64,000 bases of DNA from positions 22,320,001-22,384,000 of the forward strand of contig CATNEN010000001.1 in the NCBI GenBank assembly GCA_950097015.1. Direction: 5' to 3'. Below, one piece after another: positions 1 through 13,139 of the stretch. The stretch is from Macrostomum hystrix. Taxonomy: Eukaryota; Animalia; Platyhelminthes. Position numbers and translations under genes: made by a program. Below the pieces are notes generated by a model. The model searched no databases. It was not told where the DNA came from and worked only from the letters and a program-made list of their open reading frames with translations. How positions within the stretch are numbered: the stretch's first letter is position 1; every line of letters begins with the position of its first letter.

Positions 1-1932
1 ACACAATTAGCAAATGCCTAGTTAACTTTAATTCACTAATTTATAATTAATAATATCGTAAACTTACAGTGTCCTTGCCATAGACAGATCTCCAAAGATT
101 TGGTCTGTCCCAATAAAACAGCAAATTTTGAGTCAAGTAGCTCTGAAATGAAACAGTTGTAATTTTTTCTTTTTAGATTGAGAGAATACAGCACTGCCAC
201 TTGAGTAAATGAAAAAATATCCAAAACAGTAGTACAAACCACAGGATAGTTTAGCTTCATGCTGAGCTTTCCTTTTTCCGAAAGAAAGCAGAATCTAGTC
301 AAGAAGTGCCATTGCTGAAATGAATGGTCATGCTGCTTTAAGCAAAGAAAATTATAATTTGCACTAGATTGAAAGTATGCCCTAATAAACCCTTGATATA
401 TTAAGTTCTTAATAAATGCGTTTCAACCTAATTACGCACTACTTTTAGAAGCAAAAATATTACATTTATACATCAGTTAATACTAGTTATAAGTTACTAG
501 AAATTTAGTAATTACTATTTTACCAGAAAGAGTAATTAGTGTTAATTAAGATAAAAATGGTAAATGAAAAGAACTTTTAAATTAAAGGAATATTACATGG
601 ACCAATTCAAGACTTTGCTCGGTGCCTTGAATCGGTCATATTATTATAGTTAATTTACTTACGTCGTTTGTCTTTAGGACTCCTCGGACATGCTTAGCAC
701 TAGTAGACAAAAAATAAAAGCCACCGATAAAGAAAATCAAAGTTGAAATTATATTCATTGCTAAATTGGTATGAATGCAGTTTTTTAACTAAAATAATTT
801 TCCTTCAAAATCAATAGAGTATTATTGAACTCCTAAGCACAAAATAAGTTTCTAAAGAGCTATATTGCCCAGTAAGCAAAATATGCTATTAATTCACTTA
901 AAACTGTTGACAGAAAAAATGGAATGAAAAAGACGGTGTTAAAATAAACAGAAAATCAACAAACATTAATGCAGGCATCAGAAAAATCTTTCAGAGCCAT
1001 TAAGAAACTAAAGGTATCCTTTTAATCACTAATTTAGCTTTAAACTTACAGATCGTTCAGTTTGTAATAATATTAAGTTTGTGTTTGTTTATAACGCAAC
1101 TCTTCCGGATTACCGTAACACTAATTTGCTATTCTCCTGAATTGGATAGAAGTAGTGCACTGCAGACTAATATATCGAGCTCATTTCGCACGTATATATG
1201 TCCGAATCATTAGAATATTCATTGGGTTTTCGCAAAAAATATTAGATTACCAAAAACAATGCAAAAAGTTCAGGGTCTAATATAAATAAAAACGGTCCTT
1301 TTTAGGGTCCACGAAAATTATCATATTTCATTTGAACTTTAGTCGGATCCCGATTAATAAGGAAATTTAAGTATTCTTATTAAAATTAAAATATGTATAA
1401 AATTATATAATGTAGGTACACCTTACCTCATTTGTTTAAATCAATTAGGGCTATAAAATGATTTATTTATATTGCTCTCCGATTCCAAGGCAAGATACAT
1501 ACTCGATGTAATCATACGTAATTATATATTTTCAACACCTAAGAAAATATGAAACTTTTGTTCTAAACCAAATCCTATTGTCATAAGCAAGTCGCACCGT
1601 CAGCTTAATTGGCTAACTTTTTTATATCGCGCGAGAGAGGGATCCCATCATGGAGATCTCGATATGCTCTTAAGTTGGTAAACAGCGTCCATATAAAGTG
1701 TTGAAAAATGTAATACTCGAACAATATGAATTACCTAGATCAAATCTACAAAAAAGATCTACTAAGCAAGTTAGATCAGCTCATTTATTGTTTGGGTTTA
1801 TTGTCACGGCAATGTTTTTAATCGTATTGCTTTTCGTGGAATAGTAAAACAGCAGATATAGAAAATGCATGAGGGAAAGCAAAATTTGGATGTTATCACA
1901 GTCGTAGTAAATAGATCCGATAAAGTCTTTCC

Positions 1933-2570
1933 TCAGGCCTCCCTTAGAGCCAAGTAATTTCGGCTTAACTCTAACCAGGCCCCAACCAGGTAGCCGCGGT
2001 CACCGATGGCGTCCTTGACAACCAGCAGGCGCAGTCGGCCGGTAGAATTGGTCACACTGAGACCCAGCCGCGGACCGTCGTACTCATACTCAACTCCGCC
2101 GTCCAGCTCATTGTCTCCTACGCTGGCAAAGAATGCCGGCTCGCTGAGACTCCACACGGCGCTGCCGGCTGCTGCGTTGCTACCGACGCCGCTGCCAGCG
2201 CCGCTGGGTCCGGCGTACAACGCGAAGTCGCAGTAGCAGGCGTCGCGAACCCGACCCTCGAGTCCGGCCGGCCCGGCGCGCCAGCGGAACTCCGGCTCGC
2301 AGTCGTAGGGCACGTGATCGCCGCGCCGACGAGGATCGATCAGCTCGCAGGCCAGCCAGTCATCGCCAGCCGCTGGCGTCAGGTCCAGGCAGCGCCATGT
2401 ATTGTAGACGAACTCGGTGCCGCGATGCTCCTTGAGCAGGAGAATGGCTGACAGGCCCGAGATGCGGCTGGTAAGCGCTGGCGGGACTGCTGGGATTGAA
2501 GCCGCGATGGATGAGCCCTGCAGCGACCCGACTGAAGCGGTCGAAGACCCTCGGCGAACGCTCTTTGACA
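1933..2570 (-). CDS. FBXO15-like exon 4 (terminal)
   Basis: Acceptor CGCCAG|TG completes the phase-1 codon; stop TGA at 1933-1935. Confidence 0.8.
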
Positions 2571-5299
2571 CTGGCGGGATTTGAGGCAGGGAATGATATT
2601 GGTCTAACAGGTCAATAGTGTCTAACAGGTTGATCTTGTGTCTAACAGGTTGATCTTGTGTCTAACAGGTTGATCTTGTGTCTAACAGGTTGATCTTGTG
2701 TCTAACAGGTTGATCTTGTGTCTAACAGGTTGATCTTGTGTCTAACAGGTTGATCTTGTGTCTAACAGGTTGATCTTGTGTCTAACAGGTTGATCTTGTG
2801 TCTAACAGGTTGATCTTGTGTCTAACAGGTTGATCTTGTGTCTAACAGGTTGATCTTGTGTCTAACAGGTTGATCTTGTGTCTAACAGGTTGATCTTGTG
2901 TCTAACAGGTTGATCTTGTGTCTAACAGGTTGATCTTGTGTCTAACAGGTTGATCTTGTGTCTAACAGGTTGATCTTGTGTCTAACAGGTTGATCTTGTG
3001 TCTAACAGGTTGATCTTGTGTCTAACAGGTAGATCTTGTGTCTAACAGGTTGATCTTGTGTCTAACAGGTTGATCTTGTGTCTAACAGGTTGATCTTGTG
3101 TCTAACAGGTTGATCTTGTGTCTAACAGGCAGATTTAGTTACGAATATGTCACCTGTGGCAGCAGCCCTTGTACTGCCAGCCTTCGCAGCGGCTCCACCG
3201 GAGCCTCCACCGGCGGCAGCAGCGGAGCCTCCCAAAATAGCGGTTCTGGCCGCGTTGACGACCAACTCGTAAGCCAGCTGCAGCCTGACAAATGCCAGCG
3301 TCGAATCGCCTCTGTCCCCGTGGACACTGCCGTCAGTCCACTCGCCGACAAGCAGGCCGTCGCCAAGGAGATGGACTGTGACGCAGCTGGCGTCTTTGTC
3401 ACCGGTGCGACTGTCGCGGCTGAGGCGCGCCAACGGCTGGCAACCGGTGAGACGGTTGAACAGCACCGCGGCTCGGCGGGGACATTCACTGGCCGGGAGA
3501 AGGTCGGGATGGGCGGCGGGGAAGCTGGCGCGACACACCTTGGCCGGAGGTGGGGCGGGTGGAACCGTTCGATTGGAATGCCTCATCAGAGATCCTCATT
3601 CCGGATGGATGGCGTCAGAGATCATAGTGGCGTCAGAGATCAGAGAGATCAGAGAGATCAGAGATCAGAAATCCTCATAGTAAGATCAGAGATTCTCATA
3701 GTGAGATCAGAGATTCTCATAGTGAGATTAGGGATTCTCATAGTGAGATCAGAGATTCTCTTAGTGAGATCAGAGATTCTCATAGTGAGATCAGAGATTA
3801 TCATAGTAAGATCAGAGATTCTCATAATGAGATCAGAGATTCTCATAGTGAGATCAGAGATTCTTATACTCAGATCAGAGATTCTCATTTTGAGATCAGA
3901 GATTCTCACAGTGAGATCAGAGATTCTCATAGTAAGATCAGATATTTTTATAGTGAGATCAGAGATTCTCACAGTGAGATTAGAGATTCTCATAGTAAGA
4001 TCAGATATTTTTATAGTGTGATCAGAGCTATTCTCACAGTGAGATCAGAGATTCTCACAGTGAGATCAGAGATTCTCACAGTGAGATCAGAGATTCTCAC
4101 AGTGAGATCAGAGATTCTCACATTGAGATCAGAGATTCTCACAGTGAGATCAGAGATTCTCACAGTGAGATCAGAGATTCTCACAGTGAGATCAGAGATT
4201 CTCACAGTGAGATCAGTGAGAGATTCTCATTTTGAGATCAGAGATTCTCACAGTGAGATCAGAGATTCTCATAGTAAGATCAGATATTTTTATAGTGAGA
4301 TCAGAGATTCTCACAGTGAGATTAGAGATTCTCATAGTAAGATCAGATATTTTTATAGTGTGATCAGAGTTATTCTCACAGTGAGATCAGAGATTCTCAC
4401 AGTGCGATCAGAGATTCTCACATTGAGATCAGAGATTCTCACAGTGAGATCAGAGTGATAAGCTCCTATTTAGTTAAAAGTCTGCGGCACAGACCAGCTG
4501 AGACACTCGGCCCATATTGTCAGGCAGGCTGTTCGCAGCAGCAGAGGTGGTGAAGGCTATGACGGTGCTAAGTCTGCCTGGGTTTCGAACCCTGGCAGAC
4601 ATGGACGCCTCCAATGAGCGCCCGGAGTCGCCCAAAAAGTCCAGGGTGACGCGGAAGTCGATGTCGGAGAAGTTTGCCAAACTGCTCAAGTATTTGCGGC
4701 TGCTGGCGTGCTTGCGAAGTCTGCCATGGACGGGAATGGAAAAAATGGTTAAGATTAATGTTAAGAAATAGGAAACTGGAAAAAATCATATAGAAATCCC
4801 GCTGTGCTGCGGATTGTACAAACGATTGAAATTCTACCAAATTCTCGTGAAAAATCAACAACAACTTTAGAAAACAAGCCTGGAATGAAAATTTCCTGAT
4901 TTCATTCTTGCACTCGCTTGAATGTGTTTTTTGTTATAATTATTTGAAAGGCCATTCAGCGCACCGATTGAAGAAGGTGGCTTTCCAGACTCCGCCGTTG
5001 GCACCCAGCGGCACGCCAAACGGCTCCGGCTGCTTCGGGAAGCACCGGGCGCAGATCGGGCGCCAGAGCGATTCGGAGGCGGCGAACTCGGCCCACAGGC
5101 GGCAGACCATCGAGCAGCTGACCAGGGCACGGGGCGAGAGTTGGCGAAAAATCTGCAGCAGCAGCTCGGGCGGCAGCGAGTCTGCCGAGATGCCGGCGGC
5201 TCGGCCTCGAGGCCGGCTCTGACGCGACTGCAGCCAGCTGGTGACGTCAGACTTTTGCAGTCGATTTGATGTGCCTCGGGTAGACTGACTGCGACTCAT
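1933..5299 (-). CDS. FBXO15: F-box protein, FBXO15-like; 4 coding exons (4965-5299, 4495-4720, 3154-3538, 1933-2570), ~527 aa
   Basis: Exon 1 has an F-box (LPPELLLQIFRQLSPRALVSCSMVCRLWAEFAASESLW). All junctions are GT-AG and phase-compatible. The C-terminus (FRWRAG..EGRVRDACYCDFAL..WSLSEP..YDGPRLGLSVTNSTGRLRLLV..LELS) resembles the FBXO15 C-terminal domain as I recall it; no search was run. AATAAA on the minus strand at 1784-1789. Confidence 0.75.
2603..3129. repeat. Minisatellite, 20 bp TCTAACAGGTTGATCTTGTG, ~26 copies
   Basis: Near-perfect array filling FBXO15-like intron 3. Confidence 0.97.
3154..3538 (-). CDS. FBXO15-like exon 3
   Basis: Frame of ORF 3122..3586 (LLVGEWTDG..LAFVRLQL); acceptor AAG|GTG is uncertain; donor G|GTGACA (phase 1). 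Confidence 0.65.
3615..4455. repeat. Minisatellite, 21 bp GTGAGATCAGAGATTCTCACA
   Basis: Fills FBXO15-like intron 2. Confidence 0.95.
4495..4720 (-). CDS. FBXO15-like exon 2
   Basis: Acceptor GGCAG|A, frame matches ORF 4474..4689, donor CTG|GTCTGT (phase 0). Confidence 0.7.
4965..5299 (-). CDS. FBXO15-like exon 1 (F-box)
   Basis: ATG at 5299, F-box motif, donor CG|GTGCGC (phase 2). Confidence 0.85.
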
Positions 5300-7121
5300 T
5301 GCTCAGCAGGGCTGAAAACTGGCTAAGTTTGGTCAGCAAAAATTTATAATACATTTAAAATTATTTTCGTTAGTTTATTGGTTTTCACAGTTTATTGTTT
5401 TAAGATAAAAAAACTGGATCCAAGGAAATTTTCAACATGCCAGTTGAAATACAAAAAATATTGATACTAAAAACGTTAGAAAAAAATTAATTTACGAGAA
5501 ATTTTTTTGTTATTGGAAGCTAATGAAGTGAGACTAGATATTCTATGATCAAGTAATTAAAAATAATTGCATTTGTTTATGAAAATATATGAATATGTAC
5601 TTAAGCTTATTGACAAAGAATACAAAAAATTACGAGTTGCATTTTCGTTCGAAACATTTGTGACACAAAAAGGTTTATTAATATAGAAAGTATTTTGCTT
5701 TCTAATTCTGTCATTTTGTCACTTTGTTTGTGTCAATGACACATTTCAAGAAAGAAAATTAACTAAAATGACACTTTAGTTCATTTTAAAATGGGTAAAT
5801 TTGTCATTTTTATTACACTCGTAGAGAGCCGCTAATTTAGCTAGTTTAAACATCACATATTAAATACACCGTTTTCGACATGATTCCAGAAGAACGTGTG
5901 ACGTTCTTTTAAAAAATCGCGGACATGAGAAATGAGAATGCCATATTTTAGAAGTTGTATTTGTTGTTACTGTAAACTAACAATAAAATTATATGTTACC
6001 TATTATATTAATGTATTCTAATTTCATATTAACAGTATTTGTATTTTTATAATATTCTCTGCACTTAAGTTATGACTTCTAATATAGCATGACTTTTTAC
6101 ATTTGTTTTGATGCTCGCAAAAAATAGCGTAATTTGTTGCATATTTAAAATTTCTAAGCATAAAATGAAGTTACACACTATTTTTAAGTATTTTTCTCTA
6201 AAGTTAAGGCTATAGTTAGAATTACTTAACTTTTTAGACAAGGCTAAGCGAAAGATAGCCTGCTACTTCCTCCTAATTGCACAGTGCGGCTAAATAAACA
6301 GTATATGCTATCCCCATTTTTAAGAGGACAATTAACTTGGAGACTTGTGAACGTGTTAATTTCATAAAATACAGCAGAAAGTTAACGAAGTCTAGACAGT
6401 AATGACTGTTAAAGTTTGACGCGAATTTTGATTAAATAAAACACTTTAGCTTACTTGATTTAATGAAGCAATTAAACACGGTTACATGTAGAATGTACAA
6501 GATGTACAACAGCAGCACGGCCTATCTGGTTACCACGGAGTCGAGAATGCTGAACGACGAAGCAAGGAGCCAAATATTCTCCGGCTTCCCTTGTGTGCAT
6601 CAGAGCGGGTATCCAGAGGTATTTTGAATTTGTTGTGAAGAGAAAGCTTTGTTAATTTTGTATTGAATAAAAAATATCCTCGGAAACGCATTGATACAGG
6701 AATATACAGATTGCTCATCTGCAAATGGGTATATCCAAATATAACCCGTTGGGAATATCCAAAGATGGGGGGGCGGCTTGACCTTAGACTATTCGCAGAT
6801 AAGCAATCTGTTTCGATGCCCGAAAGGCGCGCAAAAATTTACTTAGTTCACAATTTCCGTCGACGCAATCGTTTGTGGCCCAAACGAAACATACACAATA
6901 GCATCCATTCCATCAGACTTGAACTCACTTATCATTTTTAGCTCGTATGTCGCATACTAAAAGTACTCTCTTTTTTTCTCTTGCTAGTTGACACTCGGCC
7001 CATAGACTATGGGGTAACTGAGTGAGTACAAGCGGTCTTGAGAAGCCAACAACTTGCAAGAGATGACAAATTGACAATTAGCATAATCTAAAAGAAGCTA
7101 AAAGAGCCGCAATAGACGAAA

Positions 7122-8225
7122 ATGGGTGGCGAAGAGTCGGAAGACCCGCAGGAGCCACAGGCCGCCAATTACAATAATTACCGCAAGAGAATCAGCGTAT
7201 TGCAAGAGATTAATGTGCGAGAACTGACCATACGGCTGCTCAGCTTCCCGGCGGACAATTTTTCGTCCCACCCAAAGATCACAGCTCAGGAATGCTTAGC
7301 CTTGTGCCATACTGGCTTGGTGTTCCTCAGCACCAAAACCACCACCTGCCTGAGCGTGCAGACACCGGTTAACATTGTGGGCGATATTCACGGCCAGTTT
7401 CACGACCTCCTGCGCTACTTCGACATCCTTGGTCAGCCGCCGGCCTCACGCTACCTATTCTTGGGCGACTATATCGACCGGGGAAAGTTCTCAATCGAGG
7501 TGTTCGTTCTGCTGCTGTCCCTGATGATCATGTACCCGGACTCAGTGTACCTGCTGCGCGGAAATCACGAGGCTGCTAACATCTGTCTCCGATACGGCTT
7601 CAAAGACGAAGTGATGCAGCGATACGGCCCGGAGATGGGGCTGAAGGTGCTCAAGGGCTTCCTGCGCTGCTTCCAGTGGCTGCCATTGTGCGCGATTGTT
7701 GGCAAACAAATTTTCTGCTGCCACGGCGGCATCTCGCCCAGCTTCTCGCTGGACCCGTACCTGGACGGCAATCAGGACTCGTGCATCAATGCGATCAACA
7801 GTATCGAACGGCCGTTCGAGCCGCCACTCTTTGGCGTCAAATGCGACCTGCTTTGGGCTGATCCGCAGAACACCGAAATCTACGATCATTTCCAGGTGAT
7901 GGGCGAGAAGCCAAAAATGTTCTGGTCGCCAACCCGACGCGGCTGCTCGTTCCTATTCTCAGCCGAGGCTCTGGAAGCCGTTTTGCAGCGTTTCCAAGTC
8001 AACTTTATAGTCCGCGGTCACCAGTTGGCCAACATGGGCTTTAACATGCTGCTTGGCAGGCGCTGCGTCACCATCTTCAGCGCGCCCGGGTACAGTGGCA
8101 ATTACTACAACAATGGCGCCGTGCTGCAATTTGAGACTGACATGATCAATCCGAAAAGGCCTGGAGCATTCTTTATACTCAAGCCACAGGCCAACAAGCC
8201 TTTGGAAAATCTGTTCTGGATTTGA
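7122..8225 (+). CDS. Ser/Thr protein phosphatase catalytic subunit, PPP family, divergent PP1-like; intronless, 367 aa
   Basis: GDIHGQ, GDYIDRG, LRGNHE, CHGG, DLLWADP, RG, RGHQ and FSAPGY motifs in order; C-terminal FILKP as in PP1; AATAAA at 8274-8279. Confidence 0.93.
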   Translation: MGGEESEDPQEPQAANYNNYRKRISVLQEINVRELTIRLLSFPADNFSSHPKITAQECLALCHTGLVFLSTKTTTCLSVQTPVNIVGDIHGQFHDLLRYFDILGQPPASRYLFLGDYIDRGKFSIEVFVLLLSLMIMYPDSVYLLRGNHEAANICLRYGFKDEVMQRYGPEMGLKVLKGFLRCFQWLPLCAIVGKQIFCCHGGISPSFSLDPYLDGNQDSCINAINSIERPFEPPLFGVKCDLLWADPQNTEIYDHFQVMGEKPKMFWSPTRRGCSFLFSAEALEAVLQRFQVNFIVRGHQLANMGFNMLLGRRCVTIFSAPGYSGNYYNNGAVLQFETDMINPKRPGAFFILKPQANKPLENLFWI

Positions 8226-8438
8226 CGCCTTCTTTGGAAAATTCCTTGCTTTGATTTTTTTCCCCCGGCCAAAAATAAACTAGGAAGCAAAGAATGTTTT
8301 TAAATAATTGTCATCAAACGCGTTGTTAAAAGACGCGGCATTTTCATCGGCAACTAAAGATGTTTGTTTGCAACGCATCTACTTTAGAATTCGATTGACA
8401 GGCTGAGATTCAAGTCCTGTTGGCGGGGCAGACAGTGA

Positions 8439-9640
8439 AAATTGGGGGTGGTGGGGTAGGGTGTTTGTCAGTGATTGGCTGCGAGCTAGTCAATGTAAAT
8501 TGGGGGTGGTGCGATAGGGTGTTTGTCAGTGGTTGGCTGCGAGCTAGTCAATGTACTCGTAAATTAGGGTGGTGGGGTAGGGTGTTTGTCAGTGATTGGC
8601 TGCGAGCTAGTCAATGTAAATTGGGGGTGGTGCGATAGGGTGTTTGTCAGTGGTTGGCTGCGAGCTAGTCAATGTACTCGTAAATTAGGGTGGTGGGGTA
8701 GGGTGTTTGTCAGTGATTGGCTGCGAGCTAGTCAATGTAAATTGGGGGTGGTGCGATAGGGTGTTTGTCAGTGGTTGGCTGCGAGCTAGTCAATGTACTC
8801 GTAAATTAGGGTGGTGGGGTAGGGTGTTTGTCAGTGATTGGCTGCGAGCTAGTCAATGTAAATTGGGGGTGGTGCGATAGGGTGTTTGTCAGTGATTGGC
8901 TGCGAGCTAGTCAATGTACTCGTAAATTAGGGTGGTGGGGTAGGGTGTTTGTCAGCGATTGGCTGCGAGCTAGTCAATGTAAAATGGGGTGGTGGGGTAG
9001 GGTGTTTGTCTGTGATTGGCTGCGAGCTAGTCAATGTAAATTAGGGTGGTGGGGTAGGGTGTCTGTCAGCGATTGGCTGCGAGCTAGTCAATGTAAATTG
9101 GGGTGGTAGGGTAGGGTGTTTGTCAGTGATTGGCTGCGAGCTAGTCAATGTAAATTGGGGTGGTAGGGTAGGGTGTTTGTCAGTGATTGGCTGCGAGCTA
9201 GTCAATGTAAAATGGGGTGGTGGGGTAGGGTGTTTGTCTGTGATTGGCTGCGAGCTATTAAATGTAAATTGGGGTGGTGGGGTAGGGTGTCTGTCAGCGA
9301 TTGGCTGCGAGCTATTCAATGTAAATTGGGGTGGTGGAGTAGGGCTTTTGTCAGCGATTGGCTGCGAGCTATTCAATGTAAATTGGGGTGGTGGGGTAGG
9401 GTGTTTGTCAGTGATTGGCTGCGAGATTGTCAATGTAAATTGGGGATCGTGAGTAGGGCTTTTGTCAGTGATTGGCTGCGAGCTAGTCTACGTAAATTGG
9501 GGGTGGTGCGATAGGGTGTTTGTCAGTGGTTGGCTGCGAGCTATTCAATGTACTCGTAAATTGGGGTGGTGGGTAGGGTGTTTATCACCGATTGGCTGCG
9601 AGATGGTCAGTTAAAATTGGGGCTTGTCAGCGATTGGCGC
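8439..9640. repeat. Tandem repeat, ~54-58 bp G-rich unit with TGTCAGTGATTGGCTGCGAG core, ~21 copies
   Basis: Direct inspection; 113-bp dimeric higher-order structure at the 5' end. Confidence 0.95.
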
Positions 9641-10855
9641 GTGCTGGTGTACAATATAGAGAATGAACAAGTCATGAATAAAGGCTTCTTTAAAATTCCT
9701 GATGGTAGCAGAAAGTAATTAATCATTACCAAGCAAGTCACTGCAGGCAAGTGAATTATCTTTTCAAATATGCATTTTTTATTTGCTAATTTTCAACGCG
9801 CTTACTAGATTACTTATAACAGTAATAATAGCAAGAGCGCAGCTCACTCAACACCGTATTGAAAAGTATTCAAGACAAGAAAAGATAATTCTAGGTAACT
9901 TAACTAAGAACAGCCTTTGCACACGAGTCTGGTGTCAGCAAATGTACTTTTGCTAATACTCACAGTGATAGGGGTTAGAATTCGCTACCTATACGTGTAA
10001 GAATATGATTATGTAAGAATTCTGTTTATATTGCGGCAAAAAATAGATGAACTAATTATTTCAATACTGAGGCATATTGTTGATTTTAATTCTGCTTAGC
10101 ATATTACTTTTCTAGCAATGTTTGCTCAAGCTACTATAAGTAACATGCAGTTGGTGAACAAATTAAAGCCAAGAAGAGAATCGAAATCGATATTGCAGCT
10201 TCTATTTGCCTTTGTTGCGCAAAACAGATTGCATTTCAAAACGACAGCCAATTGACAATGCGGCATAAAAGGCCCAAATCATGTTCGCAACAGCCTACTT
10301 ACAAAGAGTTATCAGTAGTGTGATTAACAAATAGCAACATTTTTATAAAGAAAACCATAAAATAAGTGCAATTACGAGTAGCAGTATAATTTAAAAGAAA
10401 ATTGCATGCATCACTCAGGAGAAGCTAACGGAAGTCCCACGAGAGCTTTGAAACAAAGCATTGAAGACAAGGGGCGATGCAGCGATGTGACCAGAATCAA
10501 ATATACACGGAAGTAAAAAAACGGTTGACAGAAAAACAATACAGTCAGAAACGGTTGAAAAACTCAATTGCAAAATAATCAATACAGACAGACAAAGCTT
10601 GCCATTGAGTCCAAAGCAGTTTTGCAAGTTGACAATAACTTGTGTGACCAGTTAGGTTCGAGCTAATAAACAAGGCTATTAGTTTTTAGTTAATAAATCA
10701 AGTCAAGCTTCAACAGGAGTAGGTGTGAGACAGTTTCAATTGTCATTTAAACAATAGACGCCACTGTTCACTCAGAAATCCAGAAATCCAGAAATCCACA
10801 AAGTCAAATCCCAAATCCTAGATAAGTGAACAAAATTCCTAGAAGCGCTACGCCT

Positions 10856-12600
10856 AATTCCTAGAATCCTTATTCTTTATTCCTAGAATCCTTATCCCTA
10901 ATTCCCAGAATCCTTATCCCTAACTCCTAGAATCCTTATCCCTAACTCCTAGAATCCTTATCCCTAACTCCTAGAATCCTTATTCTTTATTCCTAGAATC
11001 CTTATCCCTAACTCCTAGAATCCTTATACATAATTACTAGAGCATATCCCTAATTCCCAGAATCCTTATCCCTAATTCCCAGAATCCTTATCCCTAATTT
11101 CTAGAATCTTTATCCCTAACTCCTAGAATCCTTATTCTTTATTCCTAGAATCCTTATCCCTAGCTCCTAGAATCCTTATCCCTAACTCCTAGAATCCTTA
11201 TCCCTAACTCCTAGAATCCTTATTCTTTATTCCTAGAATCCTTATCCCTAACTCCTAGAATCCTTATACATAATTACTAGAGCATATCCCTAATTCCCAG
11301 AATCCTTATCCCTAATTCCCAGAATCCTTATCCCTAATTTCTAGAATCTTTATCCCTAACTCCTAGAATCCTTATTCTTTATTCCTAGAATCCTTATCCC
11401 TAGCTCCTAGAATCCTTATCCCTAATTTCTAGAATCTTTATCCCTAACTCCTAGAATCCTTATTCTTTATTCCTAGAATCCTTATCCCTAGCTCCTAGAA
11501 TCCTTATCCCTAATTCCTAGAATCCTTATCCCTAATTCCTAGAATCCTTATCCCTAATTCCTAGAATCCTTATCCCTAATTCCCAGAATCCTTATTCTTT
11601 ATTCCTAGAATCCTTATCCCTAGCTCCTAGAATCCTTATCCCTAATTCCTAGAATCCTTATCCCTAATTCCTAGAATCCTTATCCCTAATTCCCAGAATC
11701 CTTATCCCTAATTCCTAGAATCCTTATCCCTAATTCCTAGAATCCTTATCCCTAATTCCTAGAATCCTTATCCCTAATTCCTAGAATCTTTATCCCTAAC
11801 TCCTAGAATCCTTATCCCTAACTCCTAGAATCCTTATCCCTAATTCCTAGAATCCTTATCCCTAATTCCTAGAATCCTTATCCCTAATTCCTAGAATCTT
11901 TATCCCTAACTCCTAGAATCCTTATCCCTAATTCCTAGAATCCTTATCCCTAATTCCTAGAATCCTTATCCCTAATTCCTAGAATCTTTATCCCTAACTC
12001 CTAGAATCCTTATCCCTAACTCCTAGAATCCTTATCCCTAATTCCTAGAATCCTTATCCCTAATTCCCAGAATCCTTATCCCTAATTCCTAGAATCTTTA
12101 TCCCTAACTCCTAGAATCCTTATCCCTAATTCCTAGAATCCTTATCCCTAATTCCTAGAATCTTTATCCCTAACTCCTAGAATCCTTATCCCTAACTCCT
12201 AGAATCCTTATCCCTAATTCCTAGAATCCTTATCCCTAATTCCCAGAATCCTTATCCCTAATTCCTAGAATCTTTATCCCTAACTCCTAGAATCCTTATC
12301 CCTAATTCCTAGAATCCTTATCCCTAATTCCTAGAATCCTTATCCCTAACTCCGAGAATCCTTATCCCTAATTCCTAGAATCCTTATCCCTAATTCCTAG
12401 AATCCTTATCCCTAATTCCCAGAATCCTTATCCCTAATTCCTAGAATCCTTATCCCTAATTCCCAGAATCCTTATCCCTAATTCCCAGAATCCTTATCCC
12501 TAATTCCTAGAATCCTTATCCCTAATTCCCAGAATCCTTATCCCTAATTCCTAGAATCCTTATCCCTAGCTCCTAGAATCCTTATCTCTAATTCGTAGAA
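10856..12600. repeat. Minisatellite, 22 bp CCTAGAATCCTTATCCCTAATT
   Basis: ~79 copies, with an internal 240-bp higher-order duplication. Confidence 0.97.
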
Positions 12601-13139
12601 CTTAAATCCAAGTTAGTAGAACCAAAGTCCCAAATTCCTAGGAATTTCAGTTCGAACCAAGCACGTTTCAGCGCCAATTCTCTCCAAGTAGAGTATTAAT
12701 AGTTAAAGCAAAAACAATCACGAATAAAAAATGTTAAGGTAAAAATTAATTATAAAAAAAACAGCGAACTGCATTCGTTGAATTTAGTTGTGCTTAAAAA
12801 GCAAAGAAAACTCGATGAGTGAAATCACAGCGCTGAAAAGCATGTTTACACAGTCGGAAAAAAAATAACTAAAATCGATTGCCACACACAGAATGTGCGC
12901 TTGAAATCATAAAAAAATTACTGCTTGCAGTGTGACAGTGGGACTAACAAATAGAGCAGTTTTCTAGGAAACTGTCCTTGCCTAGCATTATGTGAGACAA
13001 TGTGAGCTCACAGTTGACCAGAATAGGCAAGCAAATAAAGTTCAGTTAGGGCTTTAGCGGAATAAAATAGACAAATATTGCCACAGGAAGTCATTTATAA
13101 CTGCATCTCAACTCAAGGTGTTTTACGTTTTACGCCACC

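Noticed and set aside
3098-4021. 307-aa plus-strand ORF
   Set aside because: Antisense shadow of F-box exon 3 joined to the 21-bp array
10856-12600. Telomere or interstitial telomeric tract
   Set aside because: CCCTAA occurs once per 22-bp unit, not in tandem
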